Shown: positions 18,400 to 27,858 of the stretch, in pieces
Layout of the letters: each line of letters starts with the position of its first letter
Numbering within the stretch: the first letter of the stretch is position 1
Notes under the pieces: generated by a model
Seen by the model: only the letters and a program-made list of their open reading frames with translations
Told to the model about the DNA's origin: nothing
Database searches by the model: none
Position numbers and translations under genes: made by a program
DNA from: a virus
Lineage: Duplodnaviria > Heunggongvirae > Uroviricota > Caudoviricetes
Strand: one strand, 5' to 3'
DNA length: 40,441 nt
Virus record (IMG/VR): IMGVR_UViG_2531839530_000005
Span: 1 to 40,441 of that record

Positions 18400-20021
18400 C
18401 AGGCCTGTCTCCCTAGCAGCTCCCAGATGTTCAGGGCTGAATTCATTGGGGCATAGTTGATCATCACCGAGTCGGCAAGGTTTGGCGACCGGGTTCCATC
18501 AGGCTGTTTATCAATAACGATTTTTCCCACACTATTAATGGAATAGGTCGGCTGCGAAAGCTCGATGATGAGTTTATCTTTGAGTGCCATGCTACTGCTG
18601 ATTGAGATGATCTCGTCCGGGTTGTAAGCCATACCTTCAACCACGGCGCGCCAGGTATTCTGAAAAAGTTTACGTAACCGCCACCAGCTCTGGGCTTTGG
18701 CGTTAGCGAAGAAGTCCTTGTTCAGACGTGCGGCTTGCCCGTTGTCCCCGCGAACAGCTTCATCATCCGGATCAAATACCGCGCCACTACCTCGAAACGG
18801 TGTGGCAAGTATTGACGGTCGACGCGCAGCGTTACGCAGTTCGTTGATAGCGCGTGCATCGCCGCGAACGCCAGCGCCCAGCCCGTCCTCGTCAAAGCGA
18901 AACTCTTCGAGGTTGTCCTGTTCGCAAAAGCCGAAAACCTTCTCAACGGACTGATAAATGTCGCTGCCCACACCGGACCATTCCCGCACATTCTCCAGGA
19001 GGAAGCCATGACGGGTGGAAAAGGCATTTTTGTCCCTGCCTTCGTCGGCGACATCCATCGCGCCAAGTCGTTTGCCTGTTGGCTGGATACCCAGTTTGAT
19101 ATGCGCATCAACTGCAGCCTGTACCCATTCGGATGGAATCAGGACGCCTTCCGCTGATGCGCTGTAGTTCAGATCAAGTTCCTGTGCCACCACCACCGGA
19201 TTATCGATTTTCTCGCATTCCCTGCGATACCACTCTTCATCCTTGCGAAGATCATCTCGCCAGTGGAATGTGAATACCGGTATCTTCCCGCCATGACGCT
19301 TCTGAGCGAACGGGTTCGCCATGCCGTTAACTGAACTCAGGTCAATACGGCAACGCGTCGTTTGTGACAACGCCGCATCAATCAGCAGAGGACGCTGAAG
19401 GAATGCAGCCTCATCAACCAGATAAAGCGTGGTACGGTCACCACGACCAATATTATCGCCAGCCTCGCCTTTGATAACGGCACCAGTTTCAGGAAACTCA
19501 ACACGCATATATGGCGCGTGCTTCTTCTCGCTCCACGAACCGCGAAACTCTACAGGTAGCGTTTCCACGAACTTGCGCGCCTTCCAGAACAATGCTTTCG
19601 GGTCACCAGTGCTGTCGACGTATTCCTCTTTACGGGAGCCGAAACCGATAACCATTTCTTTGTTGAAGAGACAAAGCGAGCAGGCCAGTCCGATCGCGGT
19701 CCAACTGAGCCCCATTTCACGGGATTTTTCGGTAATACCATTCTCCCGATTGCTCCAGCGTTCCATAATCCAGTGGATCCACTCCTCCTGCTTAGGGAAG
19801 AGTAAAAACGGAATGGTCACCGGCAGGCCATAATCAATATTACGCGGGTCCGTTGTCATGCCCCAGTCGATGATGAACTGAGCCGGATTAGTTCGGTAAA
19901 ACTGTTTTAGTGCAGGCAATATTTCAGGATTCTGGCGAATGCGCTGTAGGCGTTCCATCCGCCATTCAAAAACCATCTGGTAATCAGGATGTTTAAAATC
20001 GAAGGGGAATGGTAACGGCAT
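18399..20021 (-). CDS. Terminase large subunit
   Basis: 540 aa; Walker-like region and nuclease-like C-terminus; position after small subunit. Confidence 0.8.
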   Translation of the reverse strand: MPLPFPFDFKHPDYQMVFEWRMERLQRIRQNPEILPALKQFYRTNPAQFIIDWGMTTDPRNIDYGLPVTIPFLLFPKQEEWIHWIMERWSNRENGITEKSREMGLSWTAIGLACSLCLFNKEMVIGFGSRKEEYVDSTGDPKALFWKARKFVETLPVEFRGSWSEKKHAPYMRVEFPETGAVIKGEAGDNIGRGDRTTLYLVDEAAFLQRPLLIDAALSQTTRCRIDLSSVNGMANPFAQKRHGGKIPVFTFHWRDDLRKDEEWYRRECEKIDNPVVVAQELDLNYSASAEGVLIPSEWVQAAVDAHIKLGIQPTGKRLGAMDVADEGRDKNAFSTRHGFLLENVREWSGVGSDIYQSVEKVFGFCEQDNLEEFRFDEDGLGAGVRGDARAINELRNAARRPSILATPFRGSGAVFDPDDEAVRGDNGQAARLNKDFFANAKAQSWWRLRKLFQNTWRAVVEGMAYNPDEIISISSSMALKDKLIIELSQPTYSINSVGKIVIDKQPDGTRSPNLADSVMINYAPMNSALNIWELLGRQA

Positions 20022-20023
20022 AC

Positions 20024-20575
20024 TTAGCCCATTATTTTTCTATACGCCTCTGCAGCCTGCTCCGGCGTTAAGTTGGTAATTTCTGTTCTGACTGGTCCTC
20101 CATCAGCGCCAGTCACTTCATTTTTGACGTTGTCTTTAAACGCCTGAACAGAAACATGACGCCCAAGCAACTCAAGGTTTTTAACCTTATCAGGCCATTT
20201 GATTTTCTTCAGAAGTGCGGCGCTATCTGCGGATACCATCTCCACGACATCCATTCCTGATAGCGTTGTGCGCCATACCTTAGGCCAGTCTTTAATGGGC
20301 TTTAGCTCACCGTTTTGCAGGAGAATGTCGAGCACATCCATCTGGTCGATTTCAATAAGGCGATTAAGTACATATTCTGCATTAATACCAACAAGATCAT
20401 TGCGTTGCGCTTTCAGTTCGGCGATTCTTAACTTGATGTCAGGTTTTGACAGGTTTTCGGATGCGGTACGGTTAGCTGTCTTTGCGCTGTACCCCGCCCG
20501 AATAGCCGCTTGCGTGGCGTTTAAATCGATGAGGTACTCGCGACAGAACATCTCTTGTTTGTCGGTGAGTGCCAT
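20024..20575 (-). CDS. Terminase small subunit
   Basis: N-term [33 protein letters not shown] typical of terminase small subunits. Confidence 0.65.
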   Translation of the reverse strand: MALTDKQEMFCREYLIDLNATQAAIRAGYSAKTANRTASENLSKPDIKLRIAELKAQRNDLVGINAEYVLNRLIEIDQMDVLDILLQNGELKPIKDWPKVWRTTLSGMDVVEMVSADSAALLKKIKWPDKVKNLELLGRHVSVQAFKDNVKNEVTGADGGPVRTEITNLTPEQAAEAYRKIMG

Positions 20576-20599
20576 GACAAAGTCTCAATTGGATTGAAA

Positions 20600-20872
20600 A
20601 TGAGTGATTTATTACTAATTAAAAACTGGTTAATTGACCATCATGCACTATCGATTTTCTTTGGGTTTTTATCGGCTGGGGTATGGATCAAATCAGCAAC
20701 AGCCAAAGTCAAAACAGGTAGAAGCACCGTTGTAGCAATTACATTTGATGATCCCAAAAAAAATGTAGATCTTCACGAATTTTTCTTAACTGCGCGGTTA
20801 CAGTCTAAATATAACTCATATGCAGCTTTCGCTGCTGCTGTAACTGTGATTTTGCAAATGGCTGGCTATTAG
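20600..20872 (+). CDS. Hypothetical small membrane protein
   Basis: ORF with hydrophobic segment; weak RBS. Confidence 0.25.
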   Translation: MSDLLLIKNWLIDHHALSIFFGFLSAGVWIKSATAKVKTGRSTVVAITFDDPKKNVDLHEFFLTARLQSKYNSYAAFAAAVTVILQMAGY

Positions 20873-21188
20873 AAAACCTTAACCAGGATATTATTTACCT
20901 TTATCAATATCAGTTAACGGCTCAAAGTGTAATGGTTCCACATTCTCCTAATGGAGTTATTTACTCGCCCGTCTCGGTAGCCAGCTGCATAAAGCCATTA
21001 ACCAGCTCAGGCTGACGTCGTGACGTCTTGCCCGTAAAGGTTTCGCCTGTTTGGGTTTGGTAGATGTCGGACATTGAGAGCCTCTTTATCTGCTTGTGGG
21101 GATATATGGTTAATTATCCTCTGTAGGGGATACTGCCATCACAATGGGGAGAATCATCGTAATGGCAATAAAAACCGCCCATAGGCAG

Positions 21189-21596
21189 TTAATCTGAAAG
21201 ACCAAATTTCTTTTTTGCGTAGGATTTTAGAAGCTCTACACCAACATCTTTCAATACCGATAATGGTTGATCGCTAATTGTTTTTAGCTTCTTAAAAACA
21301 TCCTTTTGTTGAAGGGTTTCTGCAAACTCTTGGCCTGATGACGTGAGTCTTACATTGGCTGGCCATTCACGGATTTCATTAAGCCCAATAGTAAGTCCTA
21401 ATTTCTTAGGATCGCCTATTTCTAGAAAATGGTTACTGATATAACCTCTCTCAATCAATTGGTAGTAATGAAAGAGTCCTTTATCGCTGCTTATTTCGTA
21501 TCCAGCTTTTTTAAGGTCATTAGCTGATATCAATGGTCCGCCAGCCTTAATAAAGACCCCTAACATTCCCTTCAAGTATTCCAGATCGGTCTGCAT
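21189..21596 (-). CDS. Hypothetical protein, AT-rich accessory gene between Rz and terminase
   Basis: 135-aa ORF, low GC relative to neighbours. Confidence 0.45.
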   Translation of the reverse strand: MQTDLEYLKGMLGVFIKAGGPLISANDLKKAGYEISSDKGLFHYYQLIERGYISNHFLEIGDPKKLGLTIGLNEIREWPANVRLTSSGQEFAETLQQKDVFKKLKTISDQPLSVLKDVGVELLKSYAKKKFGLSD

Positions 21597-21654
21597 AAAT
21601 TACCTCCATCCTGAGAAATAGAGATAATATTACCCTTAAAATTCTTCATTAACA

Positions 21655-22116
21655 CTAATTTGAACACTGCTCTTTGATGTAGTCCTGCAAGTAGCCGACC
21701 TGCTTCGTCACTGTGACGATTCGCTCTCTGAGGGGGAAATAATCCCGTTCAGCGGAGTCAGTAAGTCCGGGGCTGGAAGCATCGCCCAAGCTGCCGGTGC
21801 CGGTCTTTCCGCTCGCTGGACATCGGGCATTGAAGTGCAGCCCACACTTGCCAGTGCGAACACAACGCTGCAGATCATCAAGCTGCTTTTTCGCATCAGC
21901 TAGTTCTCCGGTGTATTTAGCATCGAGTGCATCAGCATCACGCTGGCGCTGCTGCATGTCAGTAATTGCCGCGTTCGCCAGCTTCAGTTCTCTGGCATTT
22001 TTGTCGCGCTGGGCTTTGTAGGTAATGGCGTTATCACGGTAATGATTAACAGCCCATGACAGGCAGACGATGATGCAGATAACCAAAGCGGAGATAATCG
22101 CGGTGACTCTGCTCAT
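21655..22116 (-). CDS. Rz i-spanin
   Basis: N-terminal TM anchor, coiled-coil, similarity to lambda Rz; start overlaps endolysin stop. Confidence 0.8.
   Translation of the reverse strand: MSRVTAIISALVICIIVCLSWAVNHYRDNAITYKAQRDKNARELKLANAAITDMQQRQRDADALDAKYTGELADAKKQLDDLQRCVRTGKCGLHFNARCPASGKTGTGSLGDASSPGLTDSAERDYFPLRERIVTVTKQVGYLQDYIKEQCSN
21708..21896 (-). CDS. Rz1 o-spanin lipoprotein embedded in Rz (+1 frame)
   Basis: Lipobox-like SVGC, Pro-rich [26 protein letters not shown] matching lambda Rz1. Confidence 0.7.
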   Translation of the reverse strand: MRKSSLMICSVVFALASVGCTSMPDVQRAERPAPAAWAMLPAPDLLTPLNGIISPSESESSQ

Positions 22117-22589
22117 ACCTCAATCTCTCTGACCGTTCCGCCAGCTTTTTTAAATCGGGCAATCAGGTCACCGATTTTATGTTCATACTGACCGTAACCT
22201 GCACCAGGTAACGACGCCCAGATATTGCTGCAACGGTCGATTGCCTGACGAATACTGCCGCGGTCAATCATCGGTAAAGCACCACGTTCTTGAATCTGCT
22301 GCAGAGCTACAGCGTCCTGACTTTCTGGAGAAAAATCTTTCAGGCCAAGCTGTTTACGGTAAGCATCCCACCAGCGTGAAAGAAGCTGGTAACGTCCGGC
22401 GGCTGTTGATTTGAGTTTGGGGTTTAGCGTGACAAGTTTGCGGGGGTGATCGGAGTAATCAGTGAACAGTTCGCCACCAACAATAACATCATAACCGTGG
22501 TTACGTGTCGGTTGTCGCCCGTTATCCGTTCCTTCTGACCATGCCACCATATCCAGGAAAGCTTTACGCTGTGAATTTAGTGCCTGCAT
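22113..22589 (-). CDS. Endolysin, lambda R-type lytic transglycosylase
   Basis: Near-identity to recalled lambda R ([44 protein letters not shown]). Confidence 0.9.
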   Translation of the reverse strand: MQALNSQRKAFLDMVAWSEGTDNGRQPTRNHGYDVIVGGELFTDYSDHPRKLVTLNPKLKSTAAGRYQLLSRWWDAYRKQLGLKDFSPESQDAVALQQIQERGALPMIDRGSIRQAIDRCSNIWASLPGAGYGQYEHKIGDLIARFKKAGGTVREIEV

Positions 22590-22592
22590 AAA

Positions 22593-22943
22593 TTACTCCT
22601 TCGATCTACCAAATTTGTTACCGATTACTCGCATTGCAGCCCCACGAATAGCATCGACACCGATCAGCCCCACGCCACCACCAATGGCAACAGAAAGCGA
22701 TTTAGGCCATCCAACATACTCAAGAGCGGATGCAAAGGTCAGCGTCAGAGCGCCACATAGCAAAATCTCGAGCGTTTTTCGCTTCCAGCCACCACCACCG
22801 CCAAAATAGGCGATGCGCAACCCAGCCATAACGATCGACATAATCACTGCGCCCAGCGGTGTGTCTCCACGCCACCAACTTTGTAAGAGTTCCAGTAAGT
22901 CAGGCCAGGAATGAGGGACATTGTGCATTTTCATAAGCCTCAC
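22593..22943 (-). CDS. Holin with dual-start motif (MRLMKMH)
   Basis: TM segments; immediately upstream of endolysin; Met-Lys-Met dual start. Confidence 0.65.
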   Translation of the reverse strand: MRLMKMHNVPHSWPDLLELLQSWWRGDTPLGAVIMSIVMAGLRIAYFGGGGGWKRKTLEILLCGALTLTFASALEYVGWPKSLSVAIGGGVGLIGVDAIRGAAMRVIGNKFGRSKE

Positions 22944-23151
22944 CTCCGAAAGTTCGGATGGTGCTAAATGTAAGATTCAGGCTCTCTGGCTTGCTCACAA
23001 GAAGTCGAGGATGTTTCCGGAGCCTAACAACGAAAAAGCCCCGGGACATGCCAGGGCCAGATGGAGTACCAGATTAAGCTTCTGGCGGTATATCCTCGTG
23101 TTTGATATCGTTAAATCGCCAAAAGTAACCATATCAATTAAAGGAGTATAT

Positions 23152-23430
23152 ATGGCTAGTTTTACTGTCCGCGTTGAGCTTGTGGGTGCATCATCCGATG
23201 ACTACGCTCGCCTTCATGAGGCGATGGAATCCCGAAGATACTTTCGCGAAATTCAAGATGGAGCAGGAAACTGGTTTTATCTTCCAGACGCTGAGTACAC
23301 AGCCGAAAAAAACGCATCTGCTCGCGCAGTCCGAGAAGAAGTTGTAGCCATCGCTGGGACAATAAAAAAGAACCCTCGGGTGCTAGTCACTCAAGCGGCA
23401 GATCGCTCATGGCATTTAATCAAGAAGTGA
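23152..23430 (+). CDS. Hypothetical protein (93 aa)
   Basis: Strong SD AAGGAG before ATG at 23152; opposite strand to late operon. Confidence 0.4.
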   Translation: MASFTVRVELVGASSDDYARLHEAMESRRYFREIQDGAGNWFYLPDAEYTAEKNASARAVREEVVAIAGTIKKNPRVLVTQAADRSWHLIKK

Positions 23431-23646
23431 GTTTTGATCGCCATTAACGGGTATTCCGTTCCCGCTACGCCCCTCACCAACCTCAGGGGCGCTTTCATAG
23501 CGCTCCATCGCAATAAACGCGGCAGCGATGCAATGCCCCAAATTTTCAAAATCATCCACCCCCGGGTTAGCCCGAGCCACAATGAACTGACCCAGTGTGA
23601 TTTTGGCCTGAGATCGGGAATCAGAAGATAATTCATAAAATTTCAT
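23416..23646 (-). CDS. Hypothetical small protein (76 aa, MKFYELSSDS...)
   Basis: SD GGAGA before ATG; immediately after a terminator hairpin. Confidence 0.35.
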   Translation of the reverse strand: MKFYELSSDSRSQAKITLGQFIVARANPGVDDFENLGHCIAAAFIAMERYESAPEVGEGRSGNGIPVNGDQNSLLD

Positions 23647-23660
23647 GGGTGTTCTCCAGA

Positions 23661-23689
23661 AACAACAAAACCCGCTCAATGGCGGGTTC
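23661..23689 (-). terminator. Rho-independent terminator downstream of KilA-N gene
   Basis: Stem AACCCGC / GCGGGTT with loop TCAATG followed by TTTTGTTGTTT on minus strand. Confidence 0.45.
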
Positions 23690-23783
23690 TGGTAAAGTTC
23701 ATGCGCTTGGTTCGCCTCGCGATACAGCTTTGCGAAGCGTACCGGGATTGAAGCAGTTTATGTGCAAAAATGCAAGAACTTTT

Positions 23784-24359
23784 TTAAAGCTGCATCAACC
23801 TTTCCACCAGTTTATCTCTGCGAACAACAAACCAACCATTGGCTCTCGCCAGTTCCAGCCATGACTCAAGGGAAATAACAATATCATCATCCCGTAACTG
23901 AATTGTGGAAACAGTGACACCGCCTCTCTGATAACAGAGAACTCGCGTGTCGTAACTTTTCTGGCATGAAACTGGCGTTGACGGATCCTTTTGACTGAAA
24001 TAGCAGTCTTCCAGTTTTTCGAACACATCCCATGCCTGATCGGTTTCGAGCATTTTGGCGTGGCGTGCTGCGCCTCGTTCTGTCCAGAGGATGAGGGAGC
24101 GGGCTTTGGGTGAAACTGGATTTTGTGAGTAGTTTAAAGCGACCCGCAATTCTTTAAGGTCATTACCAACAACTTTGAAAAAGTGTTTCCCTTCAACGAA
24201 GCGTACTTTGTTCTCATGATGATTCTGGCGAATACGCACCGGCTCAGTGCCGTAAAGCTGCGCCAAAAGTTCGGTGGTAATAACAGGAATCTGGTTATGG
24301 GTGATCGGGGAGAGAGTTTCAACAGAGATTTGAGTGGTCATAACGATAACTCCGTACAT
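23784..24359 (-). CDS. KilA-N/ORF6N-domain protein (antirepressor-like moron)
   Basis: N-terminal ITTELLAQLYG...VRFVEGKHFFKV motif typical of ORF6N/KilA-N DNA-binding domains. Confidence 0.55.
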   Translation of the reverse strand: MYGVIVMTTQISVETLSPITHNQIPVITTELLAQLYGTEPVRIRQNHHENKVRFVEGKHFFKVVGNDLKELRVALNYSQNPVSPKARSLILWTERGAARHAKMLETDQAWDVFEKLEDCYFSQKDPSTPVSCQKSYDTRVLCYQRGGVTVSTIQLRDDDIVISLESWLELARANGWFVVRRDKLVERLMQL

Positions 24360-24503
24360 TTGGACATTATCGCCACCGTCAGGTGCTAATCATCGTGGTG
24401 GCGAACTGTGCGGGGTTAGCACTACCGGGTACGGAAACCGGCGAGCCTTTCGGCTCCCCCACACAGCCCGCCATAAATCGCGAATGTGACTGTGCAAACG
24501 ATA

Positions 24504-24527
24504 TGAAAAAAAGACGCGGGCGCGTCT
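24504..24527 (-). terminator. tR'-like terminator downstream of Q-like gene
   Basis: Palindrome AGACGCG-GG-CGCGTCT followed by T7 on minus strand, about 60 nt past the predicted promoter. Confidence 0.55.
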
Positions 24528-24589
24528 CATATCGCTCCGTAAACATCCGGGGTGCTAATCCCGACGCCAGATTTTGCTGGCGCGTGAGG

Positions 24590-24619
24590 AATATAGCCCC
24601 GGATAACAGATTGAGTCAA
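24590..24619 (-). promoter_or_regulatory. pR'-like late promoter (-35 TTGACT, 18-nt spacer, -10 TATATT)
   Basis: Read on minus strand; -35 overlaps the Q-like stop codon. Confidence 0.4.
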
Positions 24620-25038
24620 CAGACGGTTTTTAGATCCCCGGAAGAGAATGCATCACGCATCGGTAGATAGAGCATATATTCAGCAAGATTTAGCCATACA
24701 TCTACCCGACTGCAGCACGTCCGGAAACACCACTCGGGGTGTGCATCATTCAACAGTTCAGCCATTTTGCGCTTGGTCATCCCCCTCCCTTCATAGCGTT
24801 GCCGGAGAATGCAAATCAATCCTGGATGCTCTGCCAGCACCTCACTTATGACTCGATCAATACATAACGCCTCTGCATCAGTACAATGCGCCAGCCAGCT
24901 CTTTTGCTTGCCGTTGATCATCTCTCTCAAAAACGCTTCCAGCTCAGCTTTCTCTATTCCCGCTTTTTTCATTCTGCGCAGGGCTTCATTGATGGCTGTT
25001 TTCGTCAATTTTTTGGATGCCAACAACTGATTGAACAT
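24616..25038 (-). CDS. Putative late-gene antiterminator (Q-like)
   Basis: Position upstream of promoter/terminator unit and lysis genes; HTH-like C-terminus; start chosen at Met with AGGA RBS. Confidence 0.45.
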   Translation of the reverse strand: MFNQLLASKKLTKTAINEALRRMKKAGIEKAELEAFLREMINGKQKSWLAHCTDAEALCIDRVISEVLAEHPGLICILRQRYEGRGMTKRKMAELLNDAHPEWCFRTCCSRVDVWLNLAEYMLYLPMRDAFSSGDLKTVC

Positions 25039-25166
25039 ATTTCCTGACCTGCCACCGCCAATATACGACCAGCGCCCCCACATACGCAGTTTGCCCCGAA
25101 TCCAGACACTTTCCAGCGTGGTGAGACGAAGGTGTTCTCCGCTTTTTCCTGTATTCGTTGGGTAAA

Positions 25167-25457
25167 TCACAAATATCCCTCCTTTCTCCAGATTTCTTGT
25201 GTGCGAAAAACACCTTCTGCATGCATCAGGCGTAATTCTTCTTTGGTGTAATCGCTGGTTTTTACCCGCCCGTCGATTAAATCGTGGCATGAGCTACAGG
25301 CAATCGCTGCCTGCATATCGTGTGGTTTTGTCGCTGTTCCGCACGTCCCCGCCAGCCTGTAATGCGCCAGCACAGACGTTTCGGGATTGTGATTGCAGTA
25401 GCCAGGGATTCTGACCTGGCACATCTGGCCCCGCGCCGCTTTACGTAAATCCACCAT
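25167..25457 (-). CDS. Cys-rich nin-region protein (DUF1364/YbcO-like)
   Basis: Cys cluster CQVRIPGYCNH...CSSCHDLIDGR. Confidence 0.5.
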   Translation of the reverse strand: MVDLRKAARGQMCQVRIPGYCNHNPETSVLAHYRLAGTCGTATKPHDMQAAIACSSCHDLIDGRVKTSDYTKEELRLMHAEGVFRTQEIWRKEGYL

Positions 25458-26056
25458 TACGCAAACTCCAGCAGCTGCACGGCCACATTTTCGACTTCCT
25501 CCGGAGAGGAAAATTTACGGAACAGGATCCAGTTCCACAGCACATTCAGTACAGATTTATAAACCTGCTGAAACTCGGTTTCGTCCATGTTCGCAAATGC
25601 GATAGATTTTGCCCTGCGCCCACGACTACCATCAGGATAAATATGCTCGGTGTAAAATCCGGCCTGAATGGTTACCCACTCGCGGAAAGCGTCAAACGAC
25701 TTTAGCAATGCCGTATCCCGGGTTCTGCATGTCGCAACTGTATTAAGGTATTGCTCTGCGGCATCACTCAGGGCTGGAGTGTGTTCCCGACCTACTGATT
25801 CGCACAGGTAATCAACGAAGCCTGATACCAGTTTTCGTTCGCGAGGCGTGATCGCCCCACCGACCGGAGTCCAGTAATCGAATCCCAGTTGCAGGAGTTT
25901 GAAAAAACGCTTGTGAAATGCGTAGTTACGCACACGCTTAAAGTCTGCGTGTATCCACTCACCTATTTTGATTTGATGCAAAAAATCGCAACTCTCCGGC
26001 GTCGCCGGGAGAAGTAATCCGGAAGAGGTTTGTTTGACCAGTTGTATATGCGCCAT
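25457..26056 (-). CDS. nin-region protein (DUF1367-like)
   Basis: 199-aa ORF in conserved lambdoid position upstream of Q. Confidence 0.5.
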   Translation of the reverse strand: MAHIQLVKQTSSGLLLPATPESCDFLHQIKIGEWIHADFKRVRNYAFHKRFFKLLQLGFDYWTPVGGAITPRERKLVSGFVDYLCESVGREHTPALSDAAEQYLNTVATCRTRDTALLKSFDAFREWVTIQAGFYTEHIYPDGSRGRRAKSIAFANMDETEFQQVYKSVLNVLWNWILFRKFSSPEEVENVAVQLLEFA

Positions 26057-26127
26057 CGTAGTTCTCCGCTGGCGCAGTAGAATGGGTGTTCAGCCCGTTA
26101 TGTAGTATACCAGAATTAATGCCAATA

Positions 26128-26379
26128 CTAACATGATGCTCTGACTCGCAATTCATCCAGCAGTTTATCATTTCCCATAATGTCACTTACCCTCATCGGT
26201 AAAAAAATTGCCTTTCGACCATTACGATACATCATTGATTTTGGGGTTTCAGGGAAGTAATCCATTTCGACTATAACTGACAGGTCATCACGACGTATGA
26301 CTGCGTATTTGCTACTAAATAGTCTCTTTATTTTTTCCACGATGCTTCCAGGTTTATAAGTACAAACGGTTATATCCAC
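26128..26379 (-). CDS. Hypothetical protein (Rem-like position), AT-rich
   Basis: 83-aa ORF between hok and nin genes. Confidence 0.35.
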   Translation of the reverse strand: MDITVCTYKPGSIVEKIKRLFSSKYAVIRRDDLSVIVEMDYFPETPKSMMYRNGRKAIFLPMRVSDIMGNDKLLDELRVRASC

Positions 26380-26524
26380 ATAGAGACAAAAATATTAATC
26401 TGAAAAATATTTATTTCACGCCGTATATTTGATTGTTTAATGTGCAGGTACAATGACTTTTATTTTTTGTTGTGTATATAATCAAATATATGGTTATTTT
26501 TCACCCTGCGCATTCAGCGCGCAA

Positions 26525-26548
26525 CAAAAAACCCGCCGAAGCGGGTTT
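26525..26548 (-). terminator. Rho-independent terminator of hok transcript
   Basis: Stem AAACCCGC / GCGGGTTT with loop CGAA followed by T-run on minus strand. Confidence 0.45.
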
Positions 26549-26615
26549 AGTGCGGGTGCGTTGAGGATGCCTGACACATGAGAGGTGGCGAGGGATTTCT
26601 CCCCCGCCTGGTCTC

Positions 26616-26771
26616 TTACTCCTCAGATTCGTAAGCTGTGAAGACAGCAACCTCCGTCTGGCCGGTACGGATTCGTACCTCGCAGAGGTCTTTCCTCGTT
26701 ACCAGTGCCGTCACTATGACGGTTAAACAGATGACGATCAGGGCGATTAACATCGCCTTTTGCTGCTTCAT
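26616..26771 (-). CDS. hok: Hok/Gef-family type I toxin (51 aa)
   Basis: Translation MKQQKAMLIALIVICLTVIVTALVTRKDLCEVRIRTGQTEVAVFTAYESEE; not in the >=60-aa ORF track. Confidence 0.85.
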   Translation of the reverse strand: MKQQKAMLIALIVICLTVIVTALVTRKDLCEVRIRTGQTEVAVFTAYESEE

Positions 26772-26981
26772 AGCCTGCTTCTCCTTGACCTTTCGGTCCG
26801 TAAGAGGCTAATCTCTATGTGTCGCATAGATATGGCCTCAGATTAATGTTAAGCGTCTTGCAGGACGCGTAATGTTAACTGGGGCTTTTCTCTATCTGCC
26901 GTTGGTGTTCATGCCCGAGGCAGATAGCCTCAAGCACCCGCAGCAATTCTACTTAACTCCCGTCACCTCGCCAATATGAAA

Positions 26982-27071
26982 TCAATCAGAAAGGCGATCC
27001 ATAAGAACAACAGCAAGACAATAAATTGCCATTACAGCCGCAATAGCCAGCGCACATTTCAGAACCAGCAC
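26982..27071 (-). CDS. Candidate 29-aa hydrophobic peptide (GTG start, SD GGGAGG)
   Basis: VLVLKCALAIAAVMAIYCLAVVLMDRLSD; strong SD 5 nt upstream. Confidence 0.3.
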   Translation of the reverse strand: MLVLKCALAIAAVMAIYCLAVVLMDRLSD

Positions 27072-27232
27072 GATGACCTCCCATATTTGACGTACACGCG
27101 CATGATTCAATATGCAGCAACCTATTTCCTGCTTCAATATAAAATCAGGTATTGTTGTATAACTATTTAACTAACTCCCTATCCCCACATCTCAGGCGCT
27201 CAACGTCTGTGTGCGGGGCGTTTTTTAATACC

Positions 27233-27316
27233 TTACCCCCAGCGGCAAATCGCATACACCACCAGCGCCACCGCCATTGCAATTCCTACCGTTGTGAATG
27301 CTTCAGGCCATGTCAT
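27233..27316 (-). CDS. Candidate 27-aa hydrophobic peptide (SD GGAGG)
   Basis: MTWPEAFTTVGIAMAVALVVYAICRWG; SD about 10 nt upstream. Confidence 0.3.
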   Translation of the reverse strand: MTWPEAFTTVGIAMAVALVVYAICRWG

Positions 27317-27437
27317 CGTAAAACATCCTCCACACCAACCAGTCCGTTCTGCTTCAGATATTCCATCGCATTATCAGGTAGATTGCTTGATTTATTGACG
27401 CTTTTTAACGAACTGGCTAATCGCTTAACCAACATTG

Positions 27438-27848
27438 TTAATTCGTTAACCTGTTTTCCGGATGCTTGTGGATTGTCAGTTTACCAGAAGTGGCGGTACA
27501 GTCGGCGTTCCCACTCTTATCCTCCTGCGACGGTTTTGCTGCCAACTGACTGGCATATTTGTTAATGGTAACGATAAGCTCTTGCTCGGCCTCATCCAGA
27601 CAATCACCGATACCTCGCCTGTCACCGTCAAAATCATCGAAATCGGCACGAATCCTGGCAACCTCCCGGATTGCGGACAACACTTCACCAGGAATAAGCG
27701 GAGAGTTGCCCGATAGTGCATTCTGCTCCAGTGATGCCAGTGCAATCCGTGCCAGCTCACGAATCTCACCGCCGTCTATATCGTCAATGTCATCACGGCC
27801 AGAAATGTTAGCCAGCCATTGCAGTCGCTCTTTGGTAATAGTGGTCAT
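27438..27848 (-). CDS. Hypothetical acidic protein (Ea22-like position)
   Basis: 136-aa ORF in nin-like region. Confidence 0.4.
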   Translation of the reverse strand: MTTITKERLQWLANISGRDDIDDIDGGEIRELARIALASLEQNALSGNSPLIPGEVLSAIREVARIRADFDDFDGDRRGIGDCLDEAEQELIVTINKYASQLAAKPSQEDKSGNADCTATSGKLTIHKHPENRLTN

Positions 27849-27858
27849 GTGTTACTCC

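Noticed and set aside
22921-23430. Long 169-aa version of the plus-strand ORF starting at 22921
   Set aside because: The N-terminal extension overlaps the holin 5' end and lacks an RBS; the internal ATG at 23152 with AAGGAG is preferred.
24370-24600. Possible tRNA gene between the Q-like gene and lysis genes, as in Stx phages
   Set aside because: Looked for acceptor-stem and T-arm pairing and the GTTC motif; found only a terminator hairpin and promoter elements.
24616-25290. Long 224-aa version of the Q-like ORF
   Set aside because: Would overlap the upstream DUF1364-like gene by about 120 nt in another frame; the internal start at 25038 has an RBS.
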